Origin: an uncultured virus (IMG/VR IMGVR_UViG_3300022853_000024)
Lineage: Duplodnaviria > Heunggongvirae > Uroviricota > Caudoviricetes
Virus record (IMG/VR): IMGVR_UViG_3300022853_000024
Length of the DNA stretch: 64,000 nucleotides
Reading direction: 5' to 3' (one strand)
The position numbers and the translations under genes were made by a program. The notes beneath the pieces are model-generated. The model ran no database searches. It was given only the letters and a program-made list of their open reading frames with translations, and was not told the origin of the DNA. This document shows positions 39,923 through 50,500 of the stretch, one piece after another; the first letter of the stretch is position 1; every line of letters starts with the position of its first letter.

Positions 39923-42900
39923 TTATTCGCCGTATCCGTTAGAACTATCAATAGCACTAGTCGGATCTCCTTCATTTAATTCTGTACTTGCTGTACCGCC
40001 AGTGAAAAAGTTCAATGCTAACAATGAGCCTGAAAATCCACCATTTAAATTAGCAATTCTATCTATAACAATTTGTCCTGTTTCTGGAAATGCTTCATTA
40101 AATATTTCTTTATTTCTTACTTTAATTTGACCTGCTCTAAAACCTGAAACATTCAAGTTAGCACCACCTCCAGAAACTCTTGATCCAATATATGTAAGAA
40201 TTGCTTTCTGTGTTGGTACTACATTGTCGGAGTTTGCCGCCATTGTAGGATCTGTTGAAAATTCTCTAATAACAACTTCTGTTCCACCCAATACAACACC
40301 ACCTAGTGCTAATTCTGATAGTCCTTGTAAATTGAATAAATCTGCGTTAAGTGTTACAATACCTGTTGCCTGTTCAACAATAAACAATTCTCCAACACGG
40401 AAGTTACCATTCTGATCAGTTGATGTGTAGAATACTCTACCACCGCCATTATTGGCAGTTTCTCTGTTTGATTGGTATTCATAACCTTCTGTGAATCCAG
40501 CATTGGTGTAAAGTTCTGGATAGTTTGTTGTTGTTACTCCACCAGTTCCAATATCTAAGAAATCATGACCAGTTAATCTAACTTGTGAATACTGTTGTCT
40601 AATTGTTATTGTTGTTTCATGCCCTGGAGATTCGTTAGATTTCAAACTTGGTGAAATTCTAAATTGTGCTGTAAGATTTGGAACTGAACCTGTAATGTTT
40701 GTAATCTGTGTTACTCTATAAATTTGATCTTCAATGCCGTTAATGTACAACAAGTCGCCTGGTCCAGGTTCTCTTGATAATTCTTTTATTTGTACAACTT
40801 TTCCTAATTGGAATTCGTCAGCAAATCCATCACCTGTAACCGTTGCACTTACATTGATAAATCCTGTACCTCTGTTGGTGAATGTTGGTTGACTCAATAC
40901 TCCGCTGGCTATTCTTGCTTCGACAGCCACATCTGTTATGTTCACATTGTCTGTGATTGTAACTGTTGGTGCTGTTGCGTATCCTGATCCTGTGTCTAAC
41001 AGTTGTACTTTAGAAACCTTACCTGCATTTGTTATAACTCTTGCTAAAGGTGGAGCACCTTTTTTAAGAACAGTTATATCTGACATTGTGGTATCTTTTA
41101 ATGGAACAAAATAACCGCCAGCATTTCTACCGCCCACGATGCCTGAGTAAGTTCCTGATAATGTTGCCAATTCTTTCCAACTTACTGCGTCATATGAGTA
41201 AGCCACTTCGCCATTCACAGTGATCGCTAAAAAAGTTCCTTGAGAACTTGTTACTGCTGTGTATGGTCCTGTGTGTGGAGGTGTTTCTGATTCTGTCCAA
41301 ACTGTGATAGCACTTGTTGAACTTTGTGCCGCATTTGCATTTGATACAAAGAATTTATTCACTGACGTTGAATCGTCAAATGGTGAATCTTGTACTGATG
41401 CTATAAATTTATCTCCAGTGAACGTCAAGTGCTGTACTATATATCTGTCACCACCTATGTTAGCCGCCAACTCCCAAGTTGTACCACCGTCTACTGATTC
41501 CCAAGTTTGTCCATAGTCGTTGCTTATAACAATTAAACCGTTACCTGCCGCAATTTTTGAAAACACTGCTGTTGATCCATCGTACGGTTCAACTTGTTGA
41601 GATGACCATGTGTTACCTTCATCGCCTGATATGTAAACAACACCTGTTGATGAAACCACAACCCATTGTGCAGATACGTCTTCCCATGCACAACCTTTAA
41701 ATATGTCTGCTCCAATATTGCTTGAAATGTCACTCCAGTTAGCACCGTCTTGTGATCTTGCTAGACCACCTGTGCTAGAAGTTGCCATAAAGTTATTCTT
41801 TCCGCCTACCAAACTGTTCCAGTCCTGTGTTGGTACACCGTTTGCAACAGTCCAGTTAGTAGAATCAACTGATCTTAAACCTCTACCGTTGCCTAATAAA
41901 ATAGTTACGTTTGTGCTTGTAACTCTTCTTGAAGCACCTAATAAATAATCTCCATTTAATGGAATTGATGCTGATGAAGTACTGTATGGTGGTTCACTGA
42001 ATTGTATTCTTGGCTCAATAAAATATTTTGTTGATGGATCTAATGCTGTTTCAATTGCAAATCCACCTAAAAAATGTTGCCATCCTGGTGTGTTATCAAA
42101 TTCTTTTTTAACTGTGCAAACTTTTGTTAATTCATTAAAAGAATCAATGATTCCGTATTGTCCTCTGCCAGTACCTTCCCAAATATAAATTCTTTGTCCA
42201 ACTGTTTGAGCTGAAGTTCCTTGGAATTGTGCATTCAATTGTATGCTGGTAGCAGTACCTGTTATGGCTGGTCCTGATTTACTTGTGTATCCGGCACCAC
42301 CTGCTGGAGTTGAATCTCCAGGGCCTAATATTCTAATTTTATTTACAGCACCGTCTCTGGTGTTTTCATAATTGATTACACCCGATGCACCTTCTCCTGA
42401 ACCTGCTATTGTGATAGTAGCAGATGTATAATCTTGTCCTGCATGATCGTAAGCAAAAGCAAATATCTCATTTTCATCATTGTACACTGCATCTACTTGA
42501 GCTTCTTGTGTTCTGTTATTGAATTTTGCTGTGATAGGTGTTTCAGTGGGTGTTACACCTTCTGCAACTGAACCCCAATCTCCATAAGAGTTGTTTCCGT
42601 TTGTTGCTCTAACTTTACCACCAGAAGTTGCTAGATATCCTATGTGACAATAATATGTGAACACAGATACAAGTTCTGATTTACCTTCACCATTAACCCA
42701 GAAACCAATACCTTGATCGATAACCTGTGTAAAGTCATTGGCAACAATTGATCTGTTACCACCATTGTGAAGATCGCCATCTACTTTTAAACCTACACAT
42801 CCTGTTCCAAATGTTGATACATTTTGTACATAACAAGATCGTGTTGTTATCCAAGCCGCCGCATCTGACGCCCCCGAACCAGGATTTAACGAAACAAATG

Positions 42901-45076
42901 CTCCGCCTGTTGGTCTTTTTGTGCCGTATTCATTGATTGGTCCTAATGTTCCAGATAATCCACTTAATGACATATTTCTAATACCTGAACCATTGTTAAC
43001 ATAAAACATATTTGATGTTTCATAACCAGCCGCCGGTTTAACTTCTGTGCTTCTCAGTTCATCTCCAACTAGTGCAGTGTCTCTTGGCACAGTGATAGGT
43101 AAAATTTCTTGATACAAACCTGTTTTAATAAAGACTGTTGCAGGTGATCTTGCGGCTAAATCGCTATTGATAAAATCACAAGCAAATTTAATCGTTTTAA
43201 AAGGAGCCGCCAACTGCGTTCCTTTTGTTTGATCGTCTGTACCATCTGGTGATACATAATAAACTTTTGGTGTTACATCAAAATCTTCCCAGAAAGGAAT
43301 ATTGTTTGATCCCACCTTTAATACTTGTCCTGATGCTCCTATACCAATTCTTAATCTTGTTGAATCATCATTTTGTGTTTTGATATCTCCAGGATATTCT
43401 AATACATTAGGAGTGTGTCCTGTTGCTACTAATATCCAGTAAGGTCCAACATTTTCTGATTCAAAATCTAATGGTGGTTTAGCATCTGATGAATTTGCTT
43501 CATGTTTTAAAATACATTTGTAAAGTGTGCCTGCAACTGTGACAACGTCTCCAGGGAAATATGTTTGTTCGCCTGACACACCACCTAGATCAGTTTCTTT
43601 CCAAGGACCTTTGAATGCATTACCTGTTACCAATAATTGCCATGGGAATGGAGAATCAGTTCCTTCGTCGTACACAACTCTTGTGCTTGGATCTACACTT
43701 GCATTATCTGTAACAGCAATGTATAAATCACCACCTGCTCTTACAACATCTCCAGTTTTGTATGGGAAAGGTTCAACAGCATTGTTAACTAGATAAGTTG
43801 ATTTCCATTCACCTTTGAATGTGTATCCAACAACTTGTAATTCCCAAGTTGCAGATGCATCTGTGACAGCAGGTGTAACACCAACGTTACTTTTTAGTGC
43901 AACATATGTGTAACCTCCGTAGAGAACAACATCACCTTGTTGGTAGTATTGAGAAATAGTCCATATTGATTCAAATTCTAAACCAGGTACCCATAAATTG
44001 AAATTACTTTCAATCATAGTGGCACTTGTTGCCCAGTGTCCTGTGGTTACTTGCCACATACCAGGAGACCATCTTACTAGTTCTCCTGCTGAATATCTTT
44101 CTCCAACAGTGTAATCTCCTCTGTATCTAATTCCTGTGAACACAGTTGCCCATTGTCCACTGTTTGCTTCTAAACCATCGTTGGCATCGTTGGCTACACC
44201 GTTTACTCCCATCGATGTTATTGCACCACCACCGTCCACTGTGTTGATAACCATGGACACATCATTGGCTGGTGTTGCTCCACCCAGTGCTGATCCTAAA
44301 ATTGTGAAAGTTTCTGAGGCAAGATAAGTTGATCCACCGTTTGTGATTTGAATATTATATGTTGCGCCAACTTTGAAAATAAAGAATTGTAATCCCGTTC
44401 CTGATGCACCACCGTATGTAGCAGTAGGATTTATAAATTTGTTTGAAGCGGCAGATCTGTGACCTGTTGTACATCTAAAAACTGTACCACCGTAGTACAC
44501 AACATCATCTGGATAGTACAAAGTGTTTGCTGTCCAGTCGCTTCTAAAGTTATCTGATCTAGAATATTGATCCCAGTATGACGCATTGAATTGTAATCCA
44601 TCATCAGCACTTCCTGAAGTGTGTGCTGTGTTACATTTCCAAATTGATCCACCGTAAATTACTGTTTGGTCAACATTGTAAAGTGTGGCAGGTGTCCAAA
44701 TACTTTGCCAATCTTCTCCACGAGCAAAGTAAACCCATTTTAATTCATCTCCTAGTACACCATTTGAAACAGATGCATTTGAAATGTGACCTTCAATACA
44801 TTTGTAAATTAATCCACCAACTTTAACCAGTTCACCAATTTTGTAAAATGTTGAAGGTGCCCACGCACCAGTCCAACTTTGGCCATCCATCATCTGAGAC
44901 CATTTTGGAGTCGAGTTGTTTAAGTCGTTGTAAAAGTTTGTGTCTGATGTGTGTACGTTAACACATACAAATACTTTTGCACCGTATCTTAGTACATCAT
45001 CTTTTACATAAAGAGTATTGGCTGACCAATCACCTCTCCATCTAAATCTAATTCTATCTATTCGAAAATCTGCCAT
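39923..45076 (-). CDS. Large fibre/spike protein, 1717 aa, paralog of 34518-39887 with an Asp-box propeller insert
   Basis: Same architecture plus S.DG.tW Asp-box repeats. Confidence 0.8.
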   Translation of the reverse strand: MADFRIDRIRFRWRGDWSANTLYVKDDVLRYGAKVFVCVNVHTSDTNFYNDLNNSTPKWSQMMDGQSWTGAWAPSTFYKIGELVKVGGLIYKCIEGHISNASVSNGVLGDELKWVYFARGEDWQSIWTPATLYNVDQTVIYGGSIWKCNTAHTSGSADDGLQFNASYWDQYSRSDNFRSDWTANTLYYPDDVVYYGGTVFRCTTGHRSAASNKFINPTATYGGASGTGLQFFIFKVGATYNIQITNGGSTYLASETFTILGSALGGATPANDVSMVINTVDGGGAITSMGVNGVANDANDGLEANSGQWATVFTGIRYRGDYTVGERYSAGELVRWSPGMWQVTTGHWATSATMIESNFNLWVPGLEFESIWTISQYYQQGDVVLYGGYTYVALKSNVGVTPAVTDASATWELQVVGYTFKGEWKSTYLVNNAVEPFPYKTGDVVRAGGDLYIAVTDNASVDPSTRVVYDEGTDSPFPWQLLVTGNAFKGPWKETDLGGVSGEQTYFPGDVVTVAGTLYKCILKHEANSSDAKPPLDFESENVGPYWILVATGHTPNVLEYPGDIKTQNDDSTRLRIGIGASGQVLKVGSNNIPFWEDFDVTPKVYYVSPDGTDDQTKGTQLAAPFKTIKFACDFINSDLAARSPATVFIKTGLYQEILPITVPRDTALVGDELRSTEVKPAAGYETSNMFYVNNGSGIRNMSLSGLSGTLGPINEYGTKRPTGGAFVSLNPGSGASDAAAWITTRSCYVQNVSTFGTGCVGLKVDGDLHNGGNRSIVANDFTQVIDQGIGFWVNGEGKSELVSVFTYYCHIGYLATSGGKVRATNGNNSYGDWGSVAEGVTPTETPITAKFNNRTQEAQVDAVYNDENEIFAFAYDHAGQDYTSATITIAGSGEGASGVINYENTRDGAVNKIRILGPGDSTPAGGAGYTSKSGPAITGTATSIQLNAQFQGTSAQTVGQRIYIWEGTGRGQYGIIDSFNELTKVCTVKKEFDNTPGWQHFLGGFAIETALDPSTKYFIEPRIQFSEPPYSTSSASIPLNGDYLLGASRRVTSTNVTILLGNGRGLRSVDSTNWTVANGVPTQDWNSLVGGKNNFMATSSTGGLARSQDGANWSDISSNIGADIFKGCAWEDVSAQWVVVSSTGVVYISGDEGNTWSSQQVEPYDGSTAVFSKIAAGNGLIVISNDYGQTWESVDGGTTWELAANIGGDRYIVQHLTFTGDKFIASVQDSPFDDSTSVNKFFVSNANAAQSSTSAITVWTESETPPHTGPYTAVTSSQGTFLAITVNGEVAYSYDAVSWKELATLSGTYSGIVGGRNAGGYFVPLKDTTMSDITVLKKGAPPLARVITNAGKVSKVQLLDTGSGYATAPTVTITDNVNITDVAVEARIASGVLSQPTFTNRGTGFINVSATVTGDGFADEFQLGKVVQIKELSREPGPGDLLYINGIEDQIYRVTQITNITGSVPNLTAQFRISPSLKSNESPGHETTITIRQQYSQVRLTGHDFLDIGTGGVTTTNYPELYTNAGFTEGYEYQSNRETANNGGGRVFYTSTDQNGNFRVGELFIVEQATGIVTLNADLFNLQGLSELALGGVVLGGTEVVIREFSTDPTMAANSDNVVPTQKAILTYIGSRVSGGGANLNVSGFRAGQIKVRNKEIFNEAFPETGQIVIDRIANLNGGFSGSLLALNFFTGGTASTELNEGDPTSAIDSSNGYGE

Positions 45077-45104
45077 TGACTAATTCCTATATGTATTTAT
45101 TTCC

Positions 45105-45479
45105 TTAACCATTATAAGGTTCTACATATCCTGGATATGTATGAGCCTCGTTAACTTTTAATACTAATTCACCTTCACTATTCACATAATAAAACAGGTT
45201 TCTACCATCCCATTTGTACTGTTCGTACACCAAATTTGGATAATTTTTTCTGTGTTGTTGATCTCTACCTTCAAAAAAGTCTTCTCCTCTACTCCAATTA
45301 TTGTAGTTTTCATCAATATTTCCTGGTCTATTCAATTGAACTCCATCTTCTAGTTTTAATAAATCTGATTTCACCATGTACAAATCGCCCACATCTGTTC
45401 TACGCAACCCATAGAAATATCTATTGTTTGCCAGTGTCTTCTGTAATTCGTCTATGCCTACGCCAAATACTTGTGCCAT
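45105..45479 (-). CDS. Hypothetical virion protein (RYFYGLRRTD family)
   Basis: Paralog of 46788-47249, sharing RYFYGLRRTD, F.EGRD, YEQ..WD and YY.N.EGELV. Confidence 0.7.
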   Translation of the reverse strand: MAQVFGVGIDELQKTLANNRYFYGLRRTDVGDLYMVKSDLLKLEDGVQLNRPGNIDENYNNWSRGEDFFEGRDQQHRKNYPNLVYEQYKWDGRNLFYYVNSEGELVLKVNEAHTYPGYVEPYNG

Positions 45480-45485
45480 GTTCTA

Positions 45486-46772
45486 TTAACTCACTATGTT
45501 GATTGTGTTACCCATTGCTGAATGAATTGTACATTGATAATAAAGTGTGCTTGGAGCATCCATAGGAACTTCTAAAACCTGCGTTCCTGTTTTGCTTCCA
45601 CTCACTCCTGATGAATATTCTGCACCACCGTTTGATACTCTAAATTCAAATGGATGACTAGAACCTGTTCCATTTACAAAAATATAAGTGTGTCCTCTCA
45701 TCAAATATAACACAGGATCATTTGTTGCACTTGCAAATCCTGGACCTGTGAATGTGTAATTTGATGAACCTGCGGCTCCAACAGCCCATCTCATTGTTGG
45801 ACCGTTTTGTTTTTCCCAACCTGTACCGTTGTAATACAACACATCACCTTGAGCTGGTGTTGTTATTGTTACATCAGTTAAGTCGTTAAGAGTACTTGCT
45901 CCACCACCTGCGTCTGATACAAATTCTAAAGCAGTTCCACCTGCGTTTACTTTAACAGTTCTTCCTGCTGAACCTGAAAAAGTTGCTGGAGTGTCTGTTA
46001 ATGTTAATATTGAAGTTGGAACACTTGGTTTGTTGTTCAAGTTATTGTAATTTAAATAATATGTACTATCTAATCCGTCCAATGTGTCAGCATCAGTTCC
46101 ACCACCGCCAGTGGTTGCATCATCACCTGGTACCCATTTTGTTCCATTCCATTTTAATACTTGTCCTGAAGTTGGAGTAGTTGTTGTTGTGTCAACATCT
46201 GAAAGTTTATCAACTGAAAATGCCGCAACAATTTCTAATCCATCAGCCGTACCATTAACTTGTAAAAAGCCGCCCGATAGTCCAGAGTATGTTACTGGAG
46301 TGTCTGTTAATCCAAGAAATGCAGTTGCACCTCCACCGCCACCGCCGCCTGCTGAAACATCACCTGGTTTCCAAGTTTGTGAACCTGAATCATAAATTAA
46401 TGCTTGTCCGTTAGTCGCCGTTGACGAAAGATCAACATCTGAAAACATTCCGATAGATTTATTTGCATCTGCAATTTGTACCCAGGCACCTGCGTGAGCA
46501 TAGTAGGAAGCATTCTCACCGTGTACATGAGCAAACATACCATGATACGTTGCCGCATCTGGTAACTCTGCTAGAGTGTTGTATAAAAAAGTAATTTTGT
46601 TAGCACCTGTGGCAGTAATCAAATTATTATTGACTATTGTTAAGGCTGTTCCGTTTCCAAGAGCTGTGTACAATTCTTGAAAATTGTTATTCATTTTTCC
46701 ACCAGCATCTCTTAACGAATCACCTTGACCGTCATTTGGAATAATACCAGTGTTTATAAGTTGTCTTGTCAT
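45486..46772 (-). CDS. Fibre protein with a gp9/gp10-like N-terminus and a C-terminal cupredoxin-like domain
   Basis: IN.G..PNDGQGDSLR.A..K.N.NF.ELY at the start, LSDV/GQVLKWNG repeats, and HPF...YYQCTIHSAM at the end. Confidence 0.78.
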   Translation of the reverse strand: MTRQLINTGIIPNDGQGDSLRDAGGKMNNNFQELYTALGNGTALTIVNNNLITATGANKITFLYNTLAELPDAATYHGMFAHVHGENASYYAHAGAWVQIADANKSIGMFSDVDLSSTATNGQALIYDSGSQTWKPGDVSAGGGGGGGATAFLGLTDTPVTYSGLSGGFLQVNGTADGLEIVAAFSVDKLSDVDTTTTTPTSGQVLKWNGTKWVPGDDATTGGGGTDADTLDGLDSTYYLNYNNLNNKPSVPTSILTLTDTPATFSGSAGRTVKVNAGGTALEFVSDAGGGASTLNDLTDVTITTPAQGDVLYYNGTGWEKQNGPTMRWAVGAAGSSNYTFTGPGFASATNDPVLYLMRGHTYIFVNGTGSSHPFEFRVSNGGAEYSSGVSGSKTGTQVLEVPMDAPSTLYYQCTIHSAMGNTINIVS

Positions 46773-46787
46773 ATGTTTTCTCCTACT

Positions 46788-47249
46788 TTATCCTCTATCG
46801 AATGTTATTTCATTACTGTCCATTAAGTAATTTGTTTTATCTAAAGTGAAAATTGTTTGTTCTACAATCACAGTTTCATCAGTTTGCGGATATGTAATTT
46901 CTCCGTCAGCGACATTACTGTTAATTCTAACTACCAGTTCACCTTCTGGATTAATATAATAATTTAGATTTACATCGTCCCATCTAAATTGTTCGTATCT
47001 TAAATTTTTAAATGGTTTTGCGTGGTTCAAATCTCTGCCTTCATAAAAATCATAACCTTGATCAAACTCTTTAAAGTTGTCATCAATATTTCCTGGATTG
47101 TTTATTGCCACAGGATCGTTTGCCGCCAATTGGTCAACTTTACCGACAAATAACGTTCCCTCATCGGTTCTTCGTAATCCATAAAAGTATCTGTCTTTGA
47201 TACCATTTTGAAGATATACGGAAGTATCCTGTCCAACTGTGTTTGACAT
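46788..47249 (-). CDS. Hypothetical virion protein (RYFYGLRRTD family)
   Basis: Paralog of 45105-45479. Confidence 0.7.
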   Translation of the reverse strand: MSNTVGQDTSVYLQNGIKDRYFYGLRRTDEGTLFVGKVDQLAANDPVAINNPGNIDDNFKEFDQGYDFYEGRDLNHAKPFKNLRYEQFRWDDVNLNYYINPEGELVVRINSNVADGEITYPQTDETVIVEQTIFTLDKTNYLMDSNEITFDRG

Positions 47250-47250
47250 C

Positions 47251-47583
47251 TTATGTTATCTCCACGTAACTCAACACACAATCTAATGAGTCGTTGATGT
47301 TTGATTTTACATTTAAACTGTTTTGACTTGCCACAATTAATTTTTCTCCTGAGTTTAACACACGTAAACTAGAGTTTGGTGCAATCAAAACATCTTTTAC
47401 AATAAATCCTGTAACTGAATCTGGAGTTGCTGTTAATGTTACACTGGCTTCCACAACTGATTCTGTTAAGTTTGCTAAAACCATTCCAATGATCGTTGTG
47501 TATGATCCCGGTGCGGCTTCATAAACAGCCGCAGTCACAGTTCCTATACTTTTTGTTACAGAGTTTCTAAAATTTGTTGCCAT
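47251..47583 (-). CDS. Small beta-sandwich virion protein (family member 2)
   Basis: VYEAA...TIIGMVLAN...GEKLIV...SYVEIT. Confidence 0.65.
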   Translation of the reverse strand: MATNFRNSVTKSIGTVTAAVYEAAPGSYTTIIGMVLANLTESVVEASVTLTATPDSVTGFIVKDVLIAPNSSLRVLNSGEKLIVASQNSLNVKSNINDSLDCVLSYVEIT

Positions 47584-47590
47584 ATTTTTC

Positions 47591-50500
47591 CTATCCTAAT
47601 GCCAGTGCGTATTCCACTGCTATTTCTGTTGCGTCAATAATACTTACAGCACCTGATGAACCTGCGATTGAACCCCATGAACTACCATCATACAATTCAA
47701 CACGTTGATCTGCGGTGTTGTAACGTATCATACCTGTTATGGGTGTAAACGGTCTGTTTGCTGTTGTTCCAACCGGAAGTACAAACCCACCAGAATCTGA
47801 CACATCAATATATCCCGTTCCAGTTGTTTTTAATACAATCGGACTAGATATAATATTAGTTATCGCATTTCCTTCAAACTTGAAGGCTTCAATTCTAATG
47901 CTACCATTTCCTTGAGCATTAAGGATCAAATCTTGGTCAGTTCCTGTGGTCGTTACAGTATTTCCACTGATTGTTATGTCATCTACCTGTAAAGATGTGA
48001 CATCGAACCTTGTTGGATTAACATCTGCTACCAAAACTCCACCAGCATAAAATCTAAGTGTGTCATCATCTGCACCTGGTGTAGCCTCAGCAGTGATGTA
48101 TGTGTCTTTGTCAAGGTCATAAACACCAGACAATGCCAACCAGTTTGTTCCGTTGTATCCTTCAAACACTGAATCATCTGTGTTGTATCTCATCATACCT
48201 GCTGATGCAGAACCTGGTCTTTGGGCAGTTGTACCTGTTGGAATTCTAACAGATCCAGTACCGTCAACTCTGAACACACCTGAAGCAGGATTAACTATGA
48301 AGTCTCCTGAATCATTTGTTAGTGTATCTCCTGATGCTGTGAAGTTTTCAACTCTTACTCCACCAGTTCCACTTGATCTTAAATCTAAATCAGCATTTGT
48401 ATTATTACTTTGAATTAAATTTCCTTTGATATTAACACTGTCTATTTGTGCTTCGTTGGCAAATATTGTGTTCCATCTTTTTGTAGATGAGCCAATATCG
48501 TAAAAATTATCTTGTGCAGGAATAATATCAGAACTGATGCCTGCTGTGATGTTAATTGAATCTGTTGTTTCGTCACCTATTGTAACATTTCCACCTATTG
48601 TGATATCTCCTGTGATATCTAAATTTCCAGTAATGTTTACATCATCAACAAAATTAATTTGATTGTTAAATGAATCAATATTTAAATCACCCGATGTTGT
48701 TGTGATATTATTTCCAGATATTTGAACATTTCCTGTTTCAATTTTATCTCCTGATATAACTGTAACGTTGGGTCCTGATGTAAATGTTAATGCTTGATCA
48801 ACATCTATGTTAAGTGATGCTGATGTAAACGCAACTTGTCCTGTTTCTTGATTAACATAAAATTGATCACCAACTCTAAAGTCACCTTTATGGTCAACTG
48901 ATGAATAATAAATTTTTGCGTTATTGTTTGTGATAACTTCGTTGGCTTGAATCACTGTTGTTGCATCGTTATCAACTTCGTAATCATTTCCAATGTAAGC
49001 AAAGTTGTGCGAGATCAAATACATTTTTATACCAACACCATCTCCCACAACACCGTATGTTCCGTAGATAGATGCAGATGCAATTGATCTTACTTCTGCT
49101 CCAAAGTCTGTGTAATCAACCAGAGTAAAGTTTGTTGCTGTTGCTCCTGCTGATGTTCTAATATCTTGAATCGCTATGTTTGTGTCTAAAAATGTAGTTG
49201 TTAAGTTTGGACCATTAAATCTACTTACTAACACAGTGTCAGGATTTCCAATTGCTTCTGTTGTTGGTGGAGTAAAGTTTCCCGAACGTATTGCTGAACC
49301 TTTGTAAATTGTGAAGTCGTCCATGTTTCCTATGAAACCATTATTGGCATCATAGTTGTTACCCATCACAAGTGGTTTTGCCGCACCTAAATCATTTGCA
49401 ACTGTTGCCGTTCCAACATTTTGTCCTGCAACATACATTGTCACAGTGTTACTGCTTCTTACTAATGAGAAGTGAGTCCAAACATTAAGATTAAAACCTT
49501 GACTTCCTATGATTACATTTGCTCCGTTAACATAAAGTTTTGGACCATTGTTGGTCATGTACAACATCAATGAATATTCAATTGATGCATTGTTTCTGAA
49601 ATCAAATAGTGTTGTGGATTGAAGTTGTGTTGGGTATGCCCAAAATTCTATTGTAAAATCTCCTGTACCAAATCCAAAATCTGCTGTTGTTGAAATAGAT
49701 GCACTGTCTCCTACACCATCTAACAGCAAACTGGATTGTCCAAACTTTTTAACAGACGTATCTAATTTTGCATCACCGTTAGCAGTGATCTGTTTGCCTG
49801 TTGTTTCTGGTGGCATTGCAAATCCTGTTGATTTTCCATCAATTATAATTTTGTCGTTGTCTATAGATTCGATAGTACCCGATGCCAGTTGAGTTACATT
49901 GTCTGTGTCGTAGTATGATATAACGTGACCTGCCGCAAGCGGTGTTCCAGAAAATCCTGAAACTCTTAATTGTGTTTTACCATCTTCAGCCAAGCCAGTT
50001 GTGCCGTCAACAGCATAGATACTTCTTGCCGCAAAATATGTGAAACTGTTTAACCATTCTATTCTTACACCGTTTGTAAGTGTAAGTGCATCAACACCTG
50101 GAGTAATAAATGTTGTGTTTTGAAACAAACAAGCGGCTTCGTTGGATGCCGGTGTTGCCACTGAACCATCTAACAATGCACCTTTACCAGCATCAGCAGA
50201 TCCAAATCCTCTAGGATCATTTGCTGTTGTAACTGAACCTGATGTAATTACAGTGACATTTCTAATGTAAGGTGATCTTGATGTTACTTGAAATCCTGTT
50301 GAATCGTCTGCACCTGTTGAATTAAATCTGAATGCATGTCCTGTGTTTGTTCCACTGTTGTAATAAAAACCTGTAACAGTTAAATCTTCAACTGTTGTTT
50401 CACCATTCAATATAAAAGCATCATTACTGTTTGTGGTCACACTTGGTTGAACTGTTACTGCTCTAATTCCATCACCTCTAATACTAACTCCTGTGGGAAT

